Shown here: positions 44,970 through 45,146 of the stretch, one piece after another
Layout: each line of letters opens with the position of its first letter
How positions within the stretch are numbered: position 1 is the first letter of the stretch
NCBI GenBank assembly: GCA_031257385.1
Contig: JAIROT010000070.1
Location: 1-45,146 of the forward strand
Direction: 5' to 3'
Source: Treponema sp.
GTDB lineage: Bacteria > Spirochaetota > Spirochaetia > Treponematales > Breznakiellaceae
Length of the DNA stretch: 45,146 nucleotides
Notes under the pieces: model-generated
Databases searched by the model: none
Told to the model about the DNA's origin: nothing
Seen by the model: the letters and a program-made list of their open reading frames with translations, nothing else
Translations under genes and position numbers: made by a program

Positions 44970-45019
44970 AATACCCATCGAATTACTATGAAAGTATCAT
45001 ACATAAACAGACCTGTCAA
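44970..45019 (-). promoter_or_regulatory. Putative sigma70 promoter of the sulfur operon (TTGACA-N17-TACTTT, extended TG) with an overlapping operator-like sequence
   Basis: TTGACA at 45019-45014. Immediately downstream TTTCATAGTAATTCGATGGGTATT (44993-44970). Confidence 0.55.
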
Positions 45020-45146
45020 GCCCCCCGCAGGGTATCGGCATTTACTCTCCTGCGCCTTGTCATGGGCATTAATGTGCCGGTTTTAGATCGAATCTTTCTT
45101 CCGCGCAAGGGATTGAAGCGGAAATCCCGCAGGAATTGCGGAGCAA

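Overview
A GC-rich spirochete chromosomal segment. Gene order and protein sequences point to a Treponema-like organism, plausibly a free-living or termite-gut lineage (inference). Left end (1-7.3 kb): ketopantoate reductase flanked by two independently inserted MITE copies, an IS200/IS605-like hairpin element, a PLP aminotransferase, a secreted transglutaminase-like/TPR protein, Nif3, lspA and a GH18 lipoprotein. Middle (7.4-31.6 kb, minus strand): the conserved treponemal cluster mraZ-rsmH-ftsL-murF-mraY-ftsW-ftsQ-ftsA-ftsZ-xerD-TPR-dprA-topA-xerC-hslVU-flgBC-fliEFGHIJ, with a sigma28-type promoter ahead of flgB. Right (31.8-45 kb): a PD-(D/E)XK-like gene, then an AraC-TctCBA-flavin oxidoreductase-SDR catabolic cluster. 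The standout is a six-gene sulfur operon: cysteine synthase, JAB/MPN+ protease, a ubiquitin-like sulfur carrier with a capped Gly-Gly, MoeZ (E1 plus rhodanese), a family 2A encapsulin shell and its cysteine desulfurase cargo. It joins a CysO/Mec/MoeZ/CysM-type cysteine pathway to a sulfur-storing nanocompartment. No rRNA, tRNA or CRISPR array was recognised. All calls come from motif recognition without database searches.
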